A DNA stretch of 60,666 nucleotides from a virus (IMGVR_UViG_3300048898_000081:1-60666), one strand, 5' to 3'; numbered from the stretch's first letter, positions 1 to 9,480 are shown. Notes: a model not told the origin generated them from the letters alone. Translations and numbers: made by a program.

Positions 1-672
1 GTCTATAGGTGGCTCGACTGGATTGAAACCAAGCTCCCCTTCTCGGTTCACAGGGTAAAACGCGTAGGCGGTAATTTAGGCGAACTCGCTTTGAGTGTTG
101 CCATTAAAGGACTAGACAGAGCGGGCCACTCGTTACCACCTTTCTGGCTAGCACCAAATGGAATGATGCCCTTGCAATGCTCGAAAGAGTTTAAGACCCG
201 TGTTATTCAACGATTTATACGCGAGTCTCTCGGGTTGATTAGCGGGCAACGCGGTCCGAAAGAAGTTGCCGTTACTCAGTGGCTAGGTATATCGCGTGAC
301 GAGGCTCACCGGATGAAATTATGTGAACTGAAATATGTGCAAAATCGCTGGCCGCTTGTTGATGCTGGATTAACCCGAAGCGATTGTTTGCAATGGATGG
401 AGCAAAACGGTTATCCAACCCCGCCTCGGAGCAGTTGTATCTTTTGCCCATACAGATCGCCCAAAGAATGGCTGCACTTGAAGAATAATCTACCGGCAGA
501 TTGGGATGCGGCGGTGAGATTTGATAAGGCAATTCGACCTGGTTATGGCGGGTTAGACGGTGCGGCGTATGTACATCCTCAACGAGTTCCGTTAGATGAG
601 GTGGATTTCTCGCGGCAACAAAATCAACCCGATCTATTTGGTAACGAATGTGAGGGAATGTGCGGGGTATGA
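1..672 (+). CDS. PAPS reductase / adenine-nucleotide alpha-hydrolase family phage protein (5'-truncated by window)
   Basis: Frame open from base 1; WLGISRDE, RWPL, PPRSSCIFCPY and C-terminal NECEGMCGV typical of phage PAPS-reductase-like proteins. Confidence 0.75.
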   Translation, partial: VYRWLDWIETKLPFSVHRVKRVGGNLGELALSVAIKGLDRAGHSLPPFWLAPNGMMPLQCSKEFKTRVIQRFIRESLGLISGQRGPKEVAVTQWLGISRDEAHRMKLCELKYVQNRWPLVDAGLTRSDCLQWMEQNGYPTPPRSSCIFCPYRSPKEWLHLKNNLPADWDAAVRFDKAIRPGYGGLDGAAYVHPQRVPLDEVDFSRQQNQPDLFGNECEGMCGV

Positions 673-896
673 GGCAAATAGAACTCATCTGCGCAGAGTG
701 CCCGTTACTTTTCTGCGATCCGGCCAACGCTCTTTGCCACCAAACGCCGGAGATGAAATTGCAGGTCACTTTACGACAAAAACGGCAGGTAAGTTACAGA
801 GTGAAACACGCAGCCAAACATAAGGTAGCTAATAGGAAATGGAAGCGGAACCAGAGATTGAAAAAGGATATTTTGAGCATTTTATTGGGCCTGTAG
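669..896 (+). CDS. small Cys-containing basic hypothetical protein
   Basis: ATGA overlap with upstream gene; CxxC-x3-C cluster. Confidence 0.5.
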   Translation: MRQIELICAECPLLFCDPANALCHQTPEMKLQVTLRQKRQVSYRVKHAAKHKVANRKWKRNQRLKKDILSILLGL

Positions 897-1063
897 GGGC
901 AAGAACGAGAAGACATATGAATAAATCCAAACGCCCGCTACCCAACCGGGCAAAACAAGAGACGCCGTGTAAAGGCTGCGAGGGCAGAGATCGGATCAAC
1001 CGGGCACTGGCGGAAGAGGTTGATAGGTTGAGGAAGGAGAAGGCGGTTCAAGAGGCGGCGTAG
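839..1063 (+). CDS. small hypothetical protein (start uncertain)
   Basis: Fills gap before initiator; CxxC plus helical tail. Confidence 0.45.
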   Translation: MEAEPEIEKGYFEHFIGPVGARTRRHMNKSKRPLPNRAKQETPCKGCEGRDRINRALAEEVDRLRKEKAVQEAA

Positions 1064-1072
1064 GAAGAATTT

Positions 1073-1873
1073 ATGAGTACTCCATTATTTACAGCAACTT
1101 GGTATCCCTGGTATGTCGATGCCGTTCTTGAGTCTGAGCGCGTCGATGCGATGACTCTTGAAGAAGAAGGGGCTTATCGCCGTGCGATCGACAAGGCATG
1201 GAAGAAGGGGAGCTTGCCGGCCGATGCTGAGATCTGCGCTCGGGTCATCGGCAAGAATTGCCCTACTGAGGTTGCCCAAACAGTTCTCAATATGCTCGTT
1301 CCGTCGCCGACCCAACCAGGCCGAATGATCAGCGAGCGACTTGAGGAGATCCGAAAAGAGCAAGAGGCGAAATATAAGACGCGATCGAAAGGAGGTAGGG
1401 CGGCCGCTGAAAAACGGGCGAAGAATGCTCAAGAGAATTCAGCTGAACTTACGCCGGACTTACGCTCTACTGACGCTCAAGTTACGCCAAGCTCACGCAC
1501 TACTGACGCTCCGCTCAGTGATGCTGCAGCTAAGAGAAGAGAAGAGAAGAGAGAAGAAGAGAAGGAAGAAAAGAAAGAGAGGAAAATCCCAAACAGCCCC
1601 CCGGGAATAGAAATCATACGGGAAATCGCTGGAAGGTATCCGCGGAAAAAGATCTGGGAAGCCCTGATAGCTGTGGTCGGTGAAAACCCTGACAGGATCA
1701 AGCTTCAACAGTGTTTCGTGGCTTGGAACCTGAAGGGATTCAATCCTGAAAACTTCTCTTGGGTGACCGATTGGTATGTGAACGGAGTACCGCCAAATGC
1801 TCGTGTGGCAACCGCGCCGGCGGAATATCGACACCCGCAAACCGGACTCCCCCTTGGGCAATATGGACGTTAA
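1073..1873 (+). CDS. replication initiator, YdaU/DUF1376-like N-terminus
   Basis: WYPWYVDAVL...MTLEEEGAYRRAI...W...LP and SERLEEIR motifs; central repeat/EK-rich linker; upstream of primase-helicase. Confidence 0.8.
   Translation: MSTPLFTATWYPWYVDAVLESERVDAMTLEEEGAYRRAIDKAWKKGSLPADAEICARVIGKNCPTEVAQTVLNMLVPSPTQPGRMISERLEEIRKEQEAKYKTRSKGGRAAAEKRAKNAQENSAELTPDLRSTDAQVTPSSRTTDAPLSDAAAKRREEKREEEKEEKKERKIPNSPPGIEIIREIAGRYPRKKIWEALIAVVGENPDRIKLQQCFVAWNLKGFNPENFSWVTDWYVNGVPPNARVATAPAEYRHPQTGLPLGQYGR
1447..1586 (+). repeat. iteron-like 33-nt tandem repeats plus purine run: probable origin within initiator gene
   Basis: ACTTACGCCGGACTTACGCTCTACTGACGCTC / AGTTACGCCAAGCTCACGCACTACTGACGCTC followed by (AAGAG)n tract; lambda-O-like layout. 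Confidence 0.6.
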
Positions 1874-2180
1874 CTGGAACATCACACCGGTCGAGTTCCT
1901 GTCGGACCTTGGCTGGGCGAACAAACGCCGCGGCAACTGGCTCACGATGACGCTATGCCCGTTCTGTCAGGGTGGCGATCACAAAGACAAGATGACTTTT
2001 ATCGTTCATGTAATCGACGGCAACTATTCGTGCTCACGAGCAAAATGCGGCTCGCGCGGCTCATTCTGGGGATTGATGGTCGCAGTCGGAAAGGATCCGA
2101 AAGATTACTTGGGCGAGCGGATCGAGCGGTTTAAGCCGCGGAAGAAAGAACGCAAGAAGGGATATGTTTACGGGCGATGA
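1863..2180 (+). CDS. stand-alone primase zinc-binding domain protein
   Basis: CPFC...GNYSCSRAKCGSRGSFW resembles T7 gp4/Twinkle ZBD; ATGA overlap with primase-helicase. Confidence 0.75.
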   Translation: MDVNWNITPVEFLSDLGWANKRRGNWLTMTLCPFCQGGDHKDKMTFIVHVIDGNYSCSRAKCGSRGSFWGLMVAVGKDPKDYLGERIERFKPRKKERKKGYVYGR

Positions 2181-3778
2181 CAACCAACCATGTTCAGCAA
2201 GTAGCCGAGGTCGTAAAGACCTACGTGTCGCCGAAAACGGAGATAGGCCCGCTATCGCCCACAGCCGAGACGTACCTGACGGAAAAGAGAAAACTTTCCC
2301 TCAAAACGTTGGCGGCCTTCGAAGTCGGATGCACGAAAGACGGAAAGATCGCAATTCCGTTCTTCGACGAGAAAGGCATCCGGCAAATGGTGAAGTTCAG
2401 ACACGCGGAGGGCGGAATGCTTAAGCTCTACGACAAGAGCCTCAAGACGTACTCAGAACCCAAAGGCAAGGGCGTTTTGCTTGGGTCCCATCTATGCCAT
2501 CCAGCCGAGGGGCCGCTTGTTCTATGCTTCGGTGATTACGACGCGATGTCGATCTATGAGACAGGTATTCCGAACGCAACATCACTTCCGCTTGGCGATG
2601 GAGGCCATGATTTCATTAAGTTTCAATGGGATTTCCTCGAGCAATTTAACCAGATAATTATTTTCAACGACATCGATGAATACCCGGACGAAAAGGCGCG
2701 TCTCAGGGCCAGCGAAAAGCTCGCAAATCTAGTTCAAAGACTTGGGAAACATCGTTGCAAGATAGTTCAGTTCGCCGATCGCCACGGTGCCAAGGATGCG
2801 AACGCATTACTAATCTCTCACGGTTCTGACGTCTGTCGCGTAGCCGTCGAAAACGCTGAATGGTTTCCGGAAGAAGGCCTGGTGAAGCTCGCCGACTATG
2901 AAGACGTCGCTGTTGAGCACGGACAGCCGACTGGATACTCAGAGATCGACCGGAACACCGGCGGCTTCAGTAAGGGCCAGCTTGTTCTCATCGGTGGAGA
3001 CAACGGAACCGGAAAGACGACCGTCGCACTGAATCTCATCGCCAAGGCGATCGACCTTCGAGTAGCGGTCATGTTCTGGTCCGGCGAACAACGTCCGGGC
3101 AAGATCCGCTATTGGTTCGAGCGCATAGCCGCGGGGCCGCAATATCTCAAGACTGTTACTGACCACTCGACCGGTTTCAATCGATATTTTCCTTATGACG
3201 AGAACAAGACTCGGATCAAGGAATGGTATCGGGATTATCTGTTCCAGTACACGAATTTCAGCCCGACGAAAGAGCAGTATTTCGAAGTTGCCGAGCTCGC
3301 AATTCGCAGATATGGCGTCGGGATCGTCGTCATCGACAACCTAATGGCCTTCACGGGTGGCGAAGGCGAAAGCTACTACCAGACCCAAGGCGACTTCGCT
3401 CAGAGCTGCAAGATGTTCGCGGAAACTTGGGGCGTCGTCGTGATCCTCATCGTCCACAACAAGAAGAAATTCCAGAAAGAAAAAGAGGTCGACAAGCTGC
3501 AGTTCTCGACGAAGGACGATATTGAGGGCTCGAAGAAGATCACGAATTGGGCGGATCTTATTTTCCAGATGGACCGTATTCCGGCCGCCCTTCGAACCGG
3601 CCAATGGGAAGGCATCGACGGGGCTATCGGCCTGTGCAAATGTCGGGAGAGCGGAATACTGGGGACAACGCCGATCAAAATCGACTTGCCGTCGAATCGC
3701 ATCTCCCAGGCGAGCGATAACGGCCACCGGACGCTCTACGGCTGGGAAACCGTCTCACAGGAGTTATTTGCAAGATGA
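2177..3778 (+). CDS. TOPRIM + SF4 (DnaB/T7 gp4/Twinkle-like) primase-helicase
   Basis: GDYDAMS, FNDIDE, KDANALL TOPRIM motifs; Walker A GDNGTGKTT; Walker B VVIDNL; IEGSKKITNWAD. Confidence 0.92.
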   Translation: MTTNHVQQVAEVVKTYVSPKTEIGPLSPTAETYLTEKRKLSLKTLAAFEVGCTKDGKIAIPFFDEKGIRQMVKFRHAEGGMLKLYDKSLKTYSEPKGKGVLLGSHLCHPAEGPLVLCFGDYDAMSIYETGIPNATSLPLGDGGHDFIKFQWDFLEQFNQIIIFNDIDEYPDEKARLRASEKLANLVQRLGKHRCKIVQFADRHGAKDANALLISHGSDVCRVAVENAEWFPEEGLVKLADYEDVAVEHGQPTGYSEIDRNTGGFSKGQLVLIGGDNGTGKTTVALNLIAKAIDLRVAVMFWSGEQRPGKIRYWFERIAAGPQYLKTVTDHSTGFNRYFPYDENKTRIKEWYRDYLFQYTNFSPTKEQYFEVAELAIRRYGVGIVVIDNLMAFTGGEGESYYQTQGDFAQSCKMFAETWGVVVILIVHNKKKFQKEKEVDKLQFSTKDDIEGSKKITNWADLIFQMDRIPAALRTGQWEGIDGAIGLCKCRESGILGTTPIKIDLPSNRISQASDNGHRTLYGWETVSQELFAR

Positions 3779-4272
3779 AGGTAATCCAGACCCACTATGA
3801 AGGCGTGTTCTTTCGCAGTCGCACTGAGGCTCGCTATGCAAAGTTCTTCGACTGCTTAAAGTTGCAGTGGGTCTATGAAGGCGAAGGCTACGATCTTGAT
3901 GGGGACCGCTATCTCCCTGATTTTTGGATGCCGAGTTTGGAATGTTTCATTGAGATCAAAGGCAAATTTCCGAATAGACGCGAGGTCCGTGTGGCCAGAA
4001 AGCTCCAGTTCTTCACGGAAAGAGATGTGGTTATCTGCCACGGATTGCCAATGGAAAACGACGCTATCAAATTCGGTTGGGATCATGAGAACGGCGGGAG
4101 TTTTACTGAAACATTCTGCCAATGGGATATAGACGATGGGCTGGTGACGTTCAATGAATTTCCGAATGAATCGCCACGGCTAATTGAGGCTGCGAGATGT
4201 GCTAGGGCGGAAAGATTTGAATACGGACGGCCACAGAAACAGGTAGTGAATTATGACTCGCTGCCCTTTTGA
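3775..4272 (+). CDS. PD-(D/E)XK endonuclease
   Basis: FRSRTEARYA...WVYE...YLPDF...IEIKG. Confidence 0.85.
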   Translation: MKVIQTHYEGVFFRSRTEARYAKFFDCLKLQWVYEGEGYDLDGDRYLPDFWMPSLECFIEIKGKFPNRREVRVARKLQFFTERDVVICHGLPMENDAIKFGWDHENGGSFTETFCQWDIDDGLVTFNEFPNESPRLIEAARCARAERFEYGRPQKQVVNYDSLPF

Positions 4273-4307
4273 TCGCGGAAAATGTTTGAGAGTTGAGGGA
4301 GGAGAGG

Positions 4308-4550
4308 ATGGACGAAACAATTTGCGAAAAATGTGGAAGCAATCAAGACGTTGGTTTATGGGGTCTTCCATCTTCTCATCCAAGCGGAGCCGATATTACT
4401 TATCACATCTGCCATTGGTGCAACGCTGACACCGAAGGTTTTCAAGAATGGCTCGAATCTGAAATTGAAAAGGCACTTGTCGAATCACCTGATTATGAAC
4501 GTTTACCGAATGGTAACTGGCAACGAAAAAGAAGGGCTAACCCCCACTGA
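4308..4550 (+). CDS. small Zn-finger hypothetical protein
   Basis: GGAG RBS; CEKC...CHWC. Confidence 0.55.
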   Translation: MDETICEKCGSNQDVGLWGLPSSHPSGADITYHICHWCNADTEGFQEWLESEIEKALVESPDYERLPNGNWQRKRRANPH

Positions 4551-4554
4551 ACAC

Positions 4555-4929
4555 ATGAACGAAGAACTAAATAAATACATCGCTACCGAGATCATGGGCC
4601 TTTGCTGGCACGAATGGGAAGTCGTTGATGCCCCTCATCCGTGCTTGAAGTGTGGGGAGACGCAATCGTGGAGAGAACGTTTTATCGAAGCGCGTCCTGA
4701 TTACTGTTCCTCCCTTGACCTTGTGGCGGGCGTAGAAAAGGTTGTGATCGAAAAGGTGGGCAGTGAGTACGTTATGGCTCTTTGTGAGATTGGCCAATCA
4801 AACGTAACTAACGAACGTGACGGCGAAATGACTGATACGGACGTGCTATGCGCCCTCGCCACAGCAACCGCCTTACAGCGAGCAAGGGCGTGCGAAAAGG
4901 CTCACAAATTGGCGATGGAGGGGAAATAA
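4555..4929 (+). CDS. phage ABA-sandwich-like hypothetical protein
   Basis: ELNKYIATEIMG...PDYCSSLD...ATALQRARA pattern. Confidence 0.6.
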   Translation: MNEELNKYIATEIMGLCWHEWEVVDAPHPCLKCGETQSWRERFIEARPDYCSSLDLVAGVEKVVIEKVGSEYVMALCEIGQSNVTNERDGEMTDTDVLCALATATALQRARACEKAHKLAMEGK

Positions 4930-5225
4930 TGGGAATCGGTGGACAGCTAATAACTCGATGCAGTATTTGCGGAGGAACCGCAGGTAGCACGGCGGGACAT
5001 TCTTCAAGAGAGTGTGTTACCAATCTCCGCTCTCGACTCGATGACGCAGAGGCGGTATTGAAATCCGTAAAGTGTCCGAGATGTGAGGGCAACGGCAATA
5101 TCTATACCGGCCAATTTCCATCTCTGACTTCAAAGAGGGCTATGGATAAGATGAAAAGCTGTCCCGATTGCAAAGGCTCTGGTCTTCATCCTGACGCGGC
5201 TGAGTATTTTAGGAGGTGGAAATAG
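4929..5225 (+). CDS. DnaJ-type CxxCxGxG zinc-finger protein
   Basis: CPRCEGNG, CPDCKGSG. Confidence 0.6.
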   Translation: MGIGGQLITRCSICGGTAGSTAGHSSRECVTNLRSRLDDAEAVLKSVKCPRCEGNGNIYTGQFPSLTSKRAMDKMKSCPDCKGSGLHPDAAEYFRRWK

Positions 5226-5612
5226 ATGAGTGAAAGTCAGTCTTTGTGGATGCGAAGGAAAGAAAGGGAAATGAGACTGGGTCTGGAGCATGACGCGGGA
5301 GCAGGCAAATCGGATTATTCGAGATCGCTAACATTCACGTCAGACAAATTTATCGTTATCGCTTTCGGGCATGACCGTGACCATTGTGAGGATGTTCTGC
5401 AATGTGTTCTACGCGGCAAATTGGCAGATGCGAAAGGAGACAAGGAACATAACTTATACGAGGATGATTGCAAGGTTGAGAAGCAATGTGAACAGGCTTC
5501 TTGCCAACATGGGGGTTGTTTATGCGGCCATGCTGAATGCGGCCACGCGAATGAAAATGTGCTGCCGAATTGCTCTGATTGTGATTGCAGTGGATTTGAG
5601 GAGGTGTTTTGA
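5226..5612 (+). CDS. Cys/His-rich hypothetical protein
   Basis: RBS, C-terminal CxCGH...H...CxxCxCxxF. Confidence 0.55.
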   Translation: MSESQSLWMRRKEREMRLGLEHDAGAGKSDYSRSLTFTSDKFIVIAFGHDRDHCEDVLQCVLRGKLADAKGDKEHNLYEDDCKVEKQCEQASCQHGGCLCGHAECGHANENVLPNCSDCDCSGFEEVF

Positions 5613-5625
5613 GAGGTGGAAATAG

Positions 5626-5733
5626 ATGACGAGACAAACCTTATCTGGAGTATTCATAAAATACGCCCTCACGATGGGAATTTTATTGCTGTTGGTATTC
5701 GTGGGATTGCTAATTTTGGAGGAGTGGAAATAG
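5626..5733 (+). CDS. 35-aa single-TM peptide MTRQTLSGVFIKYALTMGILLLLVFVGLLILEEWK
   Basis: Read manually; bounded by two copies of the GTGGAAATAGATG junction repeat; hydrophobic helix. Confidence 0.5.
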   Translation: MTRQTLSGVFIKYALTMGILLLLVFVGLLILEEWK

Positions 5734-5952
5734 ATGGCAGTCGAACCAATATATTTACAGCACGAGGTTCGCAGTGGGTATACGGGATGCTTCAAGTGCC
5801 ACAAAAGCTATTACCCATATTATCGCGGCAGTGACAACAAATTCTATTGCGAAGACTGCGCAAACGAGCTGGTGAAAAGTAATACGGCGCGATTCGGCAG
5901 ACATCCTATCCAGGAATATTGCCCGCGATGTAAAGGTACCGGGAGAAAGTGA
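5734..5952 (+). CDS. small Zn-finger protein
   Basis: CFKC, YCEDC, CPRCKGTG. Confidence 0.55.
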   Translation: MAVEPIYLQHEVRSGYTGCFKCHKSYYPYYRGSDNKFYCEDCANELVKSNTARFGRHPIQEYCPRCKGTGRK

Positions 5953-6254
5953 TGAACGGATTACAAATGGGCGAGCCATTGATTGAGTTCATAACTCGGA
6001 TGATCTTGTCTACAACTATCAAGGCATGCCGGACACGGATTATATAGAGCACAAAGACGGTTCTATAGCGTGGCACGTTTCCGATGACGGCCCGATTCAA
6101 CGAATGAGCGAATTGTATCGATTATTAAAACTCGAAAAGGAGAAATAAAAAATGGGACCGGATTGTACATGTGGACATCAGGGTGCTCGACACAAAGGCA
6201 AGCCACTGCTTAGAAATCATGCGAACAAAGACTTTCATTCTAAAGGAGGGTTAA

Positions 6255-6509
6255 ATGAGCGATAGGGCATACAGAATCATTGATGAGTTGGCAAACGAAT
6301 ATGGTCACAGACTCGATCTCAGCCTTTGGCCTGAAGACGTGCTTTGCGATGGCGAAACATGCAGACACTCGGAATGTGAATGTTGGGACAGTTTCCATCT
6401 TAAAGCTGAACGCCTGATAAAAGAACAAATGGAGCAAGAGGACATTCCATTCTCCAATGAGCAAATCAACTTTGGGCCGTCCGATATCATGGCAGAGGAA
6501 TCAGAATGA
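6255..6509 (+). CDS. acidic hypothetical protein
   Basis: AGGAGG RBS. Confidence 0.55.
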   Translation: MSDRAYRIIDELANEYGHRLDLSLWPEDVLCDGETCRHSECECWDSFHLKAERLIKEQMEQEDIPFSNEQINFGPSDIMAEESE

Positions 6510-6906
6510 GAGAACACCCCACACAACCCATGCGCGCAACGATCAAGCAACTACCAGATGACACTCATATAGCAATTGGGGAGTTGAAATATATGAGCAT
6601 GGGCAATTTTGATTTTGTGAGAGAACAGATCCTCGATCTTGCCGACCTCAAGTCCCTATGCTCTCGACTCGATGAATTGTAAACACTGCCAACAATCCGC
6701 GTATGTTGCGGGTCACTATCTACGCCGAGCGGAGGCTGCCGAGTGATGGTCGAATATTTTGGCTGGCCTGACGAAGAATGCGACCGTTGCGGCAGCTCAG
6801 GAGAAATTCTGGTATGCCCTGATGACATCTGCCAAGGGCAAAGTTGGTGTATGCACGGTGATGGTGAAATCGATTGTCCGAAATGTTTACCAGAGGAGTT
6901 AGATCA

Positions 6907-7104
6907 ATGAACATCGACGTTAATGAAATTCAGTCTGTTCGGACGGTAAGTGAACAAAACCAGTTCACGAAATTGCGGATATTTTTCACGATTGACGAAC
7001 GTAGTGCGGAGCGGGCTTTCTGCCAACTTTGGGAACTTTTCGATATTGAAAAATGGGTCAAAAAAGAAGGTTACGAGTTAGTGAAAAAGGAGAAACAGCA
7101 ATGA
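6907..7104 (+). CDS. hypothetical protein
   Basis: GAGGAG RBS; coupled to next gene. Confidence 0.5.
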   Translation: MNIDVNEIQSVRTVSEQNQFTKLRIFFTIDERSAERAFCQLWELFDIEKWVKKEGYELVKKEKQQ

Positions 7105-7346
7105 GCGGATATTGGACAAACCCTAGTATTTATTTTGTCGTGGAAGAGTTGCGAGCGGAACAGGCAAAGGCTGACCAAGAAGTGTTCCGAAACGACATGA
7201 TGAATCACATTCTTTTTGAGCGTTCGCGTTGCCAAGATTCAGACGTTTTACGATGTATTTATTGCATGACTTATGCTCAAGAATTGGCCGACCAGAAAGA
7301 GGCTTACGAACGCGATCAACGAGTAGCAATGAATACAAGACTATGA
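7101..7346 (+). CDS. hypothetical protein
   Basis: AGGAG RBS; ATGA overlaps at both ends. Confidence 0.55.
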   Translation: MSGYWTNPSIYFVVEELRAEQAKADQEVFRNDMMNHILFERSRCQDSDVLRCIYCMTYAQELADQKEAYERDQRVAMNTRL

Positions 7347-7576
7347 CGGATTTCGAAATCAAACATCGGTGCGAAAAGCATTATTCATGGTACTGCGACT
7401 GTTCACGAATCCAACCGCGACAACAGCCGAAATACGGAACGGCAGAGGTCATTGTAAACGGCCATCGGGCTTGGATTTATACGCCACCAGAGGAGCCAAC
7501 ACAGGAGGAAAAATGGATAACGGAGGTCTTAAACACCGCGAGGATTACACAGAGGAAGACAACCAAGCAGCTTTAG
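7343..7576 (+). CDS. hypothetical protein
   Basis: ATGA overlap with upstream gene. Confidence 0.45.
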   Translation: MTDFEIKHRCEKHYSWYCDCSRIQPRQQPKYGTAEVIVNGHRAWIYTPPEEPTQEEKWITEVLNTARITQRKTTKQL

Positions 7577-7794
7577 ATTGGCTGGTACGCGAACAGTTTG
7601 ATGACGAGATTACCAAGTTTATGTGCGAATCGTCCGCATACAAACGTCTTCCCACAACCACTCCATGTACGGAAGGCGATATCGAATCATTGTGTTTCGC
7701 TTTCTGTGAATGGCTGGTCGTTTCAGGAAAAGTTAAACAGATACGGAAGTCTAAAACAGACACGGAAAAACGGACAGAGGAGCCAAAGAAATGA
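7513..7794 (+). CDS. hypothetical protein
   Basis: AGGAGG RBS; ATGA overlap with next gene. Confidence 0.5.
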   Translation: MDNGGLKHREDYTEEDNQAALDWLVREQFDDEITKFMCESSAYKRLPTTTPCTEGDIESLCFAFCEWLVVSGKVKQIRKSKTDTEKRTEEPKK

Positions 7795-8309
7795 CCACGA
7801 CGAAGGACGAAATACAAAAAATATTAGAGGAACGGGCAAGGCTAGACCCAACCGCGCCGGATGCTATTGTGATGAGCGATGAAATGGCGAAGAATTTGAC
7901 GCCCGACAATGATGAAGACCTGTCCATGTTTGAACAATTCAAGCAAACGTTCGGCTATCAAATGGGCAAAGCAGAATTGGTCGCAGAAAACGCCCGTCTC
8001 ACAGCCGAGAGAGACCGCTACAAAGCGGCGCTGGAACATGTGAGACAAGCTGCTCGTGACGGGGAAATGCAAATTTCCAAAGATATGCGTGATCTGGAGT
8101 TTCACATGCTCCTAAAAAACAATGTACATCACCACCCAAATCTTAGAAAAACGGTCGAGAATGTGTTCATGCAAATCTTAGAACGATGTGAGCTTTGCCT
8201 TCACTACAAAGGCGACCACTTTGAAATAGACGGCACGCCTAAGTGGTGCTGTGACGGATGCGACGGTTTTCAAGCGCTAGAAGGAGGGAGCAAAGATGAG
8301 ATTTCTTAA
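7791..8309 (+). CDS. hypothetical coiled-coil protein
   Basis: RBS; AENARLTAERDRYKAALE coiled coil; Cys/His tail. Confidence 0.6.
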   Translation: MTTTKDEIQKILEERARLDPTAPDAIVMSDEMAKNLTPDNDEDLSMFEQFKQTFGYQMGKAELVAENARLTAERDRYKAALEHVRQAARDGEMQISKDMRDLEFHMLLKNNVHHHPNLRKTVENVFMQILERCELCLHYKGDHFEIDGTPKWCCDGCDGFQALEGGSKDEIS

Positions 8310-8505
8310 ACGCTTATTTTGTCAGCACGTTTATCTCTGGGAAAGGAATATCCATGGTGATGAAATCATGCAAGCAAACTGGAATCGTAGTTGGTGGAAA
8401 TGTAAATTTTGCGATAAACGAAAGTTTTGTGAGTTTCTACATCTAGAAAAATTCGACCCAACACTAACTATCGAGACTTTTAGGAGAAGATGTGAAAATA
8501 ACTAA
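8296..8505 (+). CDS. small prophage protein (LFCxH...WxCxxCxK type)
   Basis: LKRLFCQHVY...RSWWKCKFCDK; strong RBS. Confidence 0.6.
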   Translation: MRFLKRLFCQHVYLWERNIHGDEIMQANWNRSWWKCKFCDKRKFCEFLHLEKFDPTLTIETFRRRCENN

Positions 8506-8776
8506 ACTCAAACAGCAGTTAGAAAAAATGTGGCTCGGTGATACGGTTCAACACATTCATTCAAGTGTTAACGGAGGCATGTCACAGTATCACATTGATC
8601 GCCTCCCCGTTGTCCATTTACAAGCCCTCTGTGCATCCCACACCGCCCTTGAAGCCCAGGTTGCGGAGATGAAAAAGCTAATAACCGAACTCGATCACGG
8701 ACACTATGGCGAAGCGGTTCAAGAACGCATTGAGGCTTTCAAGGCGGTCAAAATGGAGAACAAAGATGCCCGATAA
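8492..8776 (+). CDS. hypothetical protein
   Basis: GTG start with AGGAG RBS. Confidence 0.5.
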   Translation: MKITKLKQQLEKMWLGDTVQHIHSSVNGGMSQYHIDRLPVVHLQALCASHTALEAQVAEMKKLITELDHGHYGEAVQERIEAFKAVKMENKDAR

Positions 8777-9077
8777 CCTCAAGCCGGAACAGACATTTTA
8801 CGGCGGCGATAGTGAGCTAACCGAAGAACAGCGAGCACCCTGCTATGCCGCATGGACATTTCATCGTGACAGCAACGAGGCCCAAGGCGACTCTGCTGAC
8901 ATATGTGATTTCCGCGCAGGGTTTATGTATGGCTGGCTTGCCCGCGTCCCCGACACAGAGCTGATCGAGGCTTTAGAAAGCGCAAGGCCATTCCTGCAGC
9001 AAAGCACAGTACCTTTCACGGTTTTTCATAAGTTTGAGCTGGCTATTGAGAAAGCCAAGTCCAAAGGAGAGAGATGA
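8766..9077 (+). CDS. hypothetical protein
   Basis: GGAG RBS; overlaps upstream gene end. Confidence 0.55.
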   Translation: MPDNLKPEQTFYGGDSELTEEQRAPCYAAWTFHRDSNEAQGDSADICDFRAGFMYGWLARVPDTELIEALESARPFLQQSTVPFTVFHKFELAIEKAKSKGER

Positions 9078-9345
9078 CCTAACCCTTTACAAATACACTT
9101 TCGAGATTCCCGGCGACACAGAGGTAGTATCAAGCTGTCGTCCCAAGCAAACTGCACCGCACACGGAGAAAGCGGCGTTTACCCCACTAGTTATTTACTG
9201 TAATTGCACATGGGCCGGAGGCTGTGACGACTGGCTCCCCTGCGGACAGCCTTGCAGTGGATGTCGATTAGCTATTAACTGCGGTATTTTTGATTGGCAG
9301 GCATGCACCGGTTTTTGCGGCACATGTTGTAACGGGAGTTGCTGA
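9034..9345 (+). CDS. Cys-rich peptide, fulvocin-C-like C-terminus; start doubtful, possibly a remnant
   Basis: CNC...C...C...C..C...CGIFDWQACTGFC spacing. Confidence 0.4.
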   Translation: MSWLLRKPSPKERDDLTLYKYTFEIPGDTEVVSSCRPKQTAPHTEKAAFTPLVIYCNCTWAGGCDDWLPCGQPCSGCRLAINCGIFDWQACTGFCGTCCNGSC

Positions 9346-9414
9346 GAACCTGCCTTCGTAAAAGTCTAAACCCCTATATCTAGCCCATATCAGACCGTCT
9401 CCCACAATTCCTGA

Positions 9415-9443
9415 TTGTAATAAAAAATAAATTGTTCTAAGCT
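9415..9443 (+). promoter_or_regulatory. sigma70-like promoter for lysis/late region
   Basis: TTGTAA-17-TAAGCT in AT-rich intergenic gap. Confidence 0.55.
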
Positions 9444-9480
9444 CTCCGTGTCGAACGTGCAGTTTTGGCGCAGATGTGTT

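Noticed and set aside
5616-5834. 72-aa GTG ORF from the track
   Set aside because: Overlaps two better-supported ATG ORFs (5626, 5734) defined by the junction repeat
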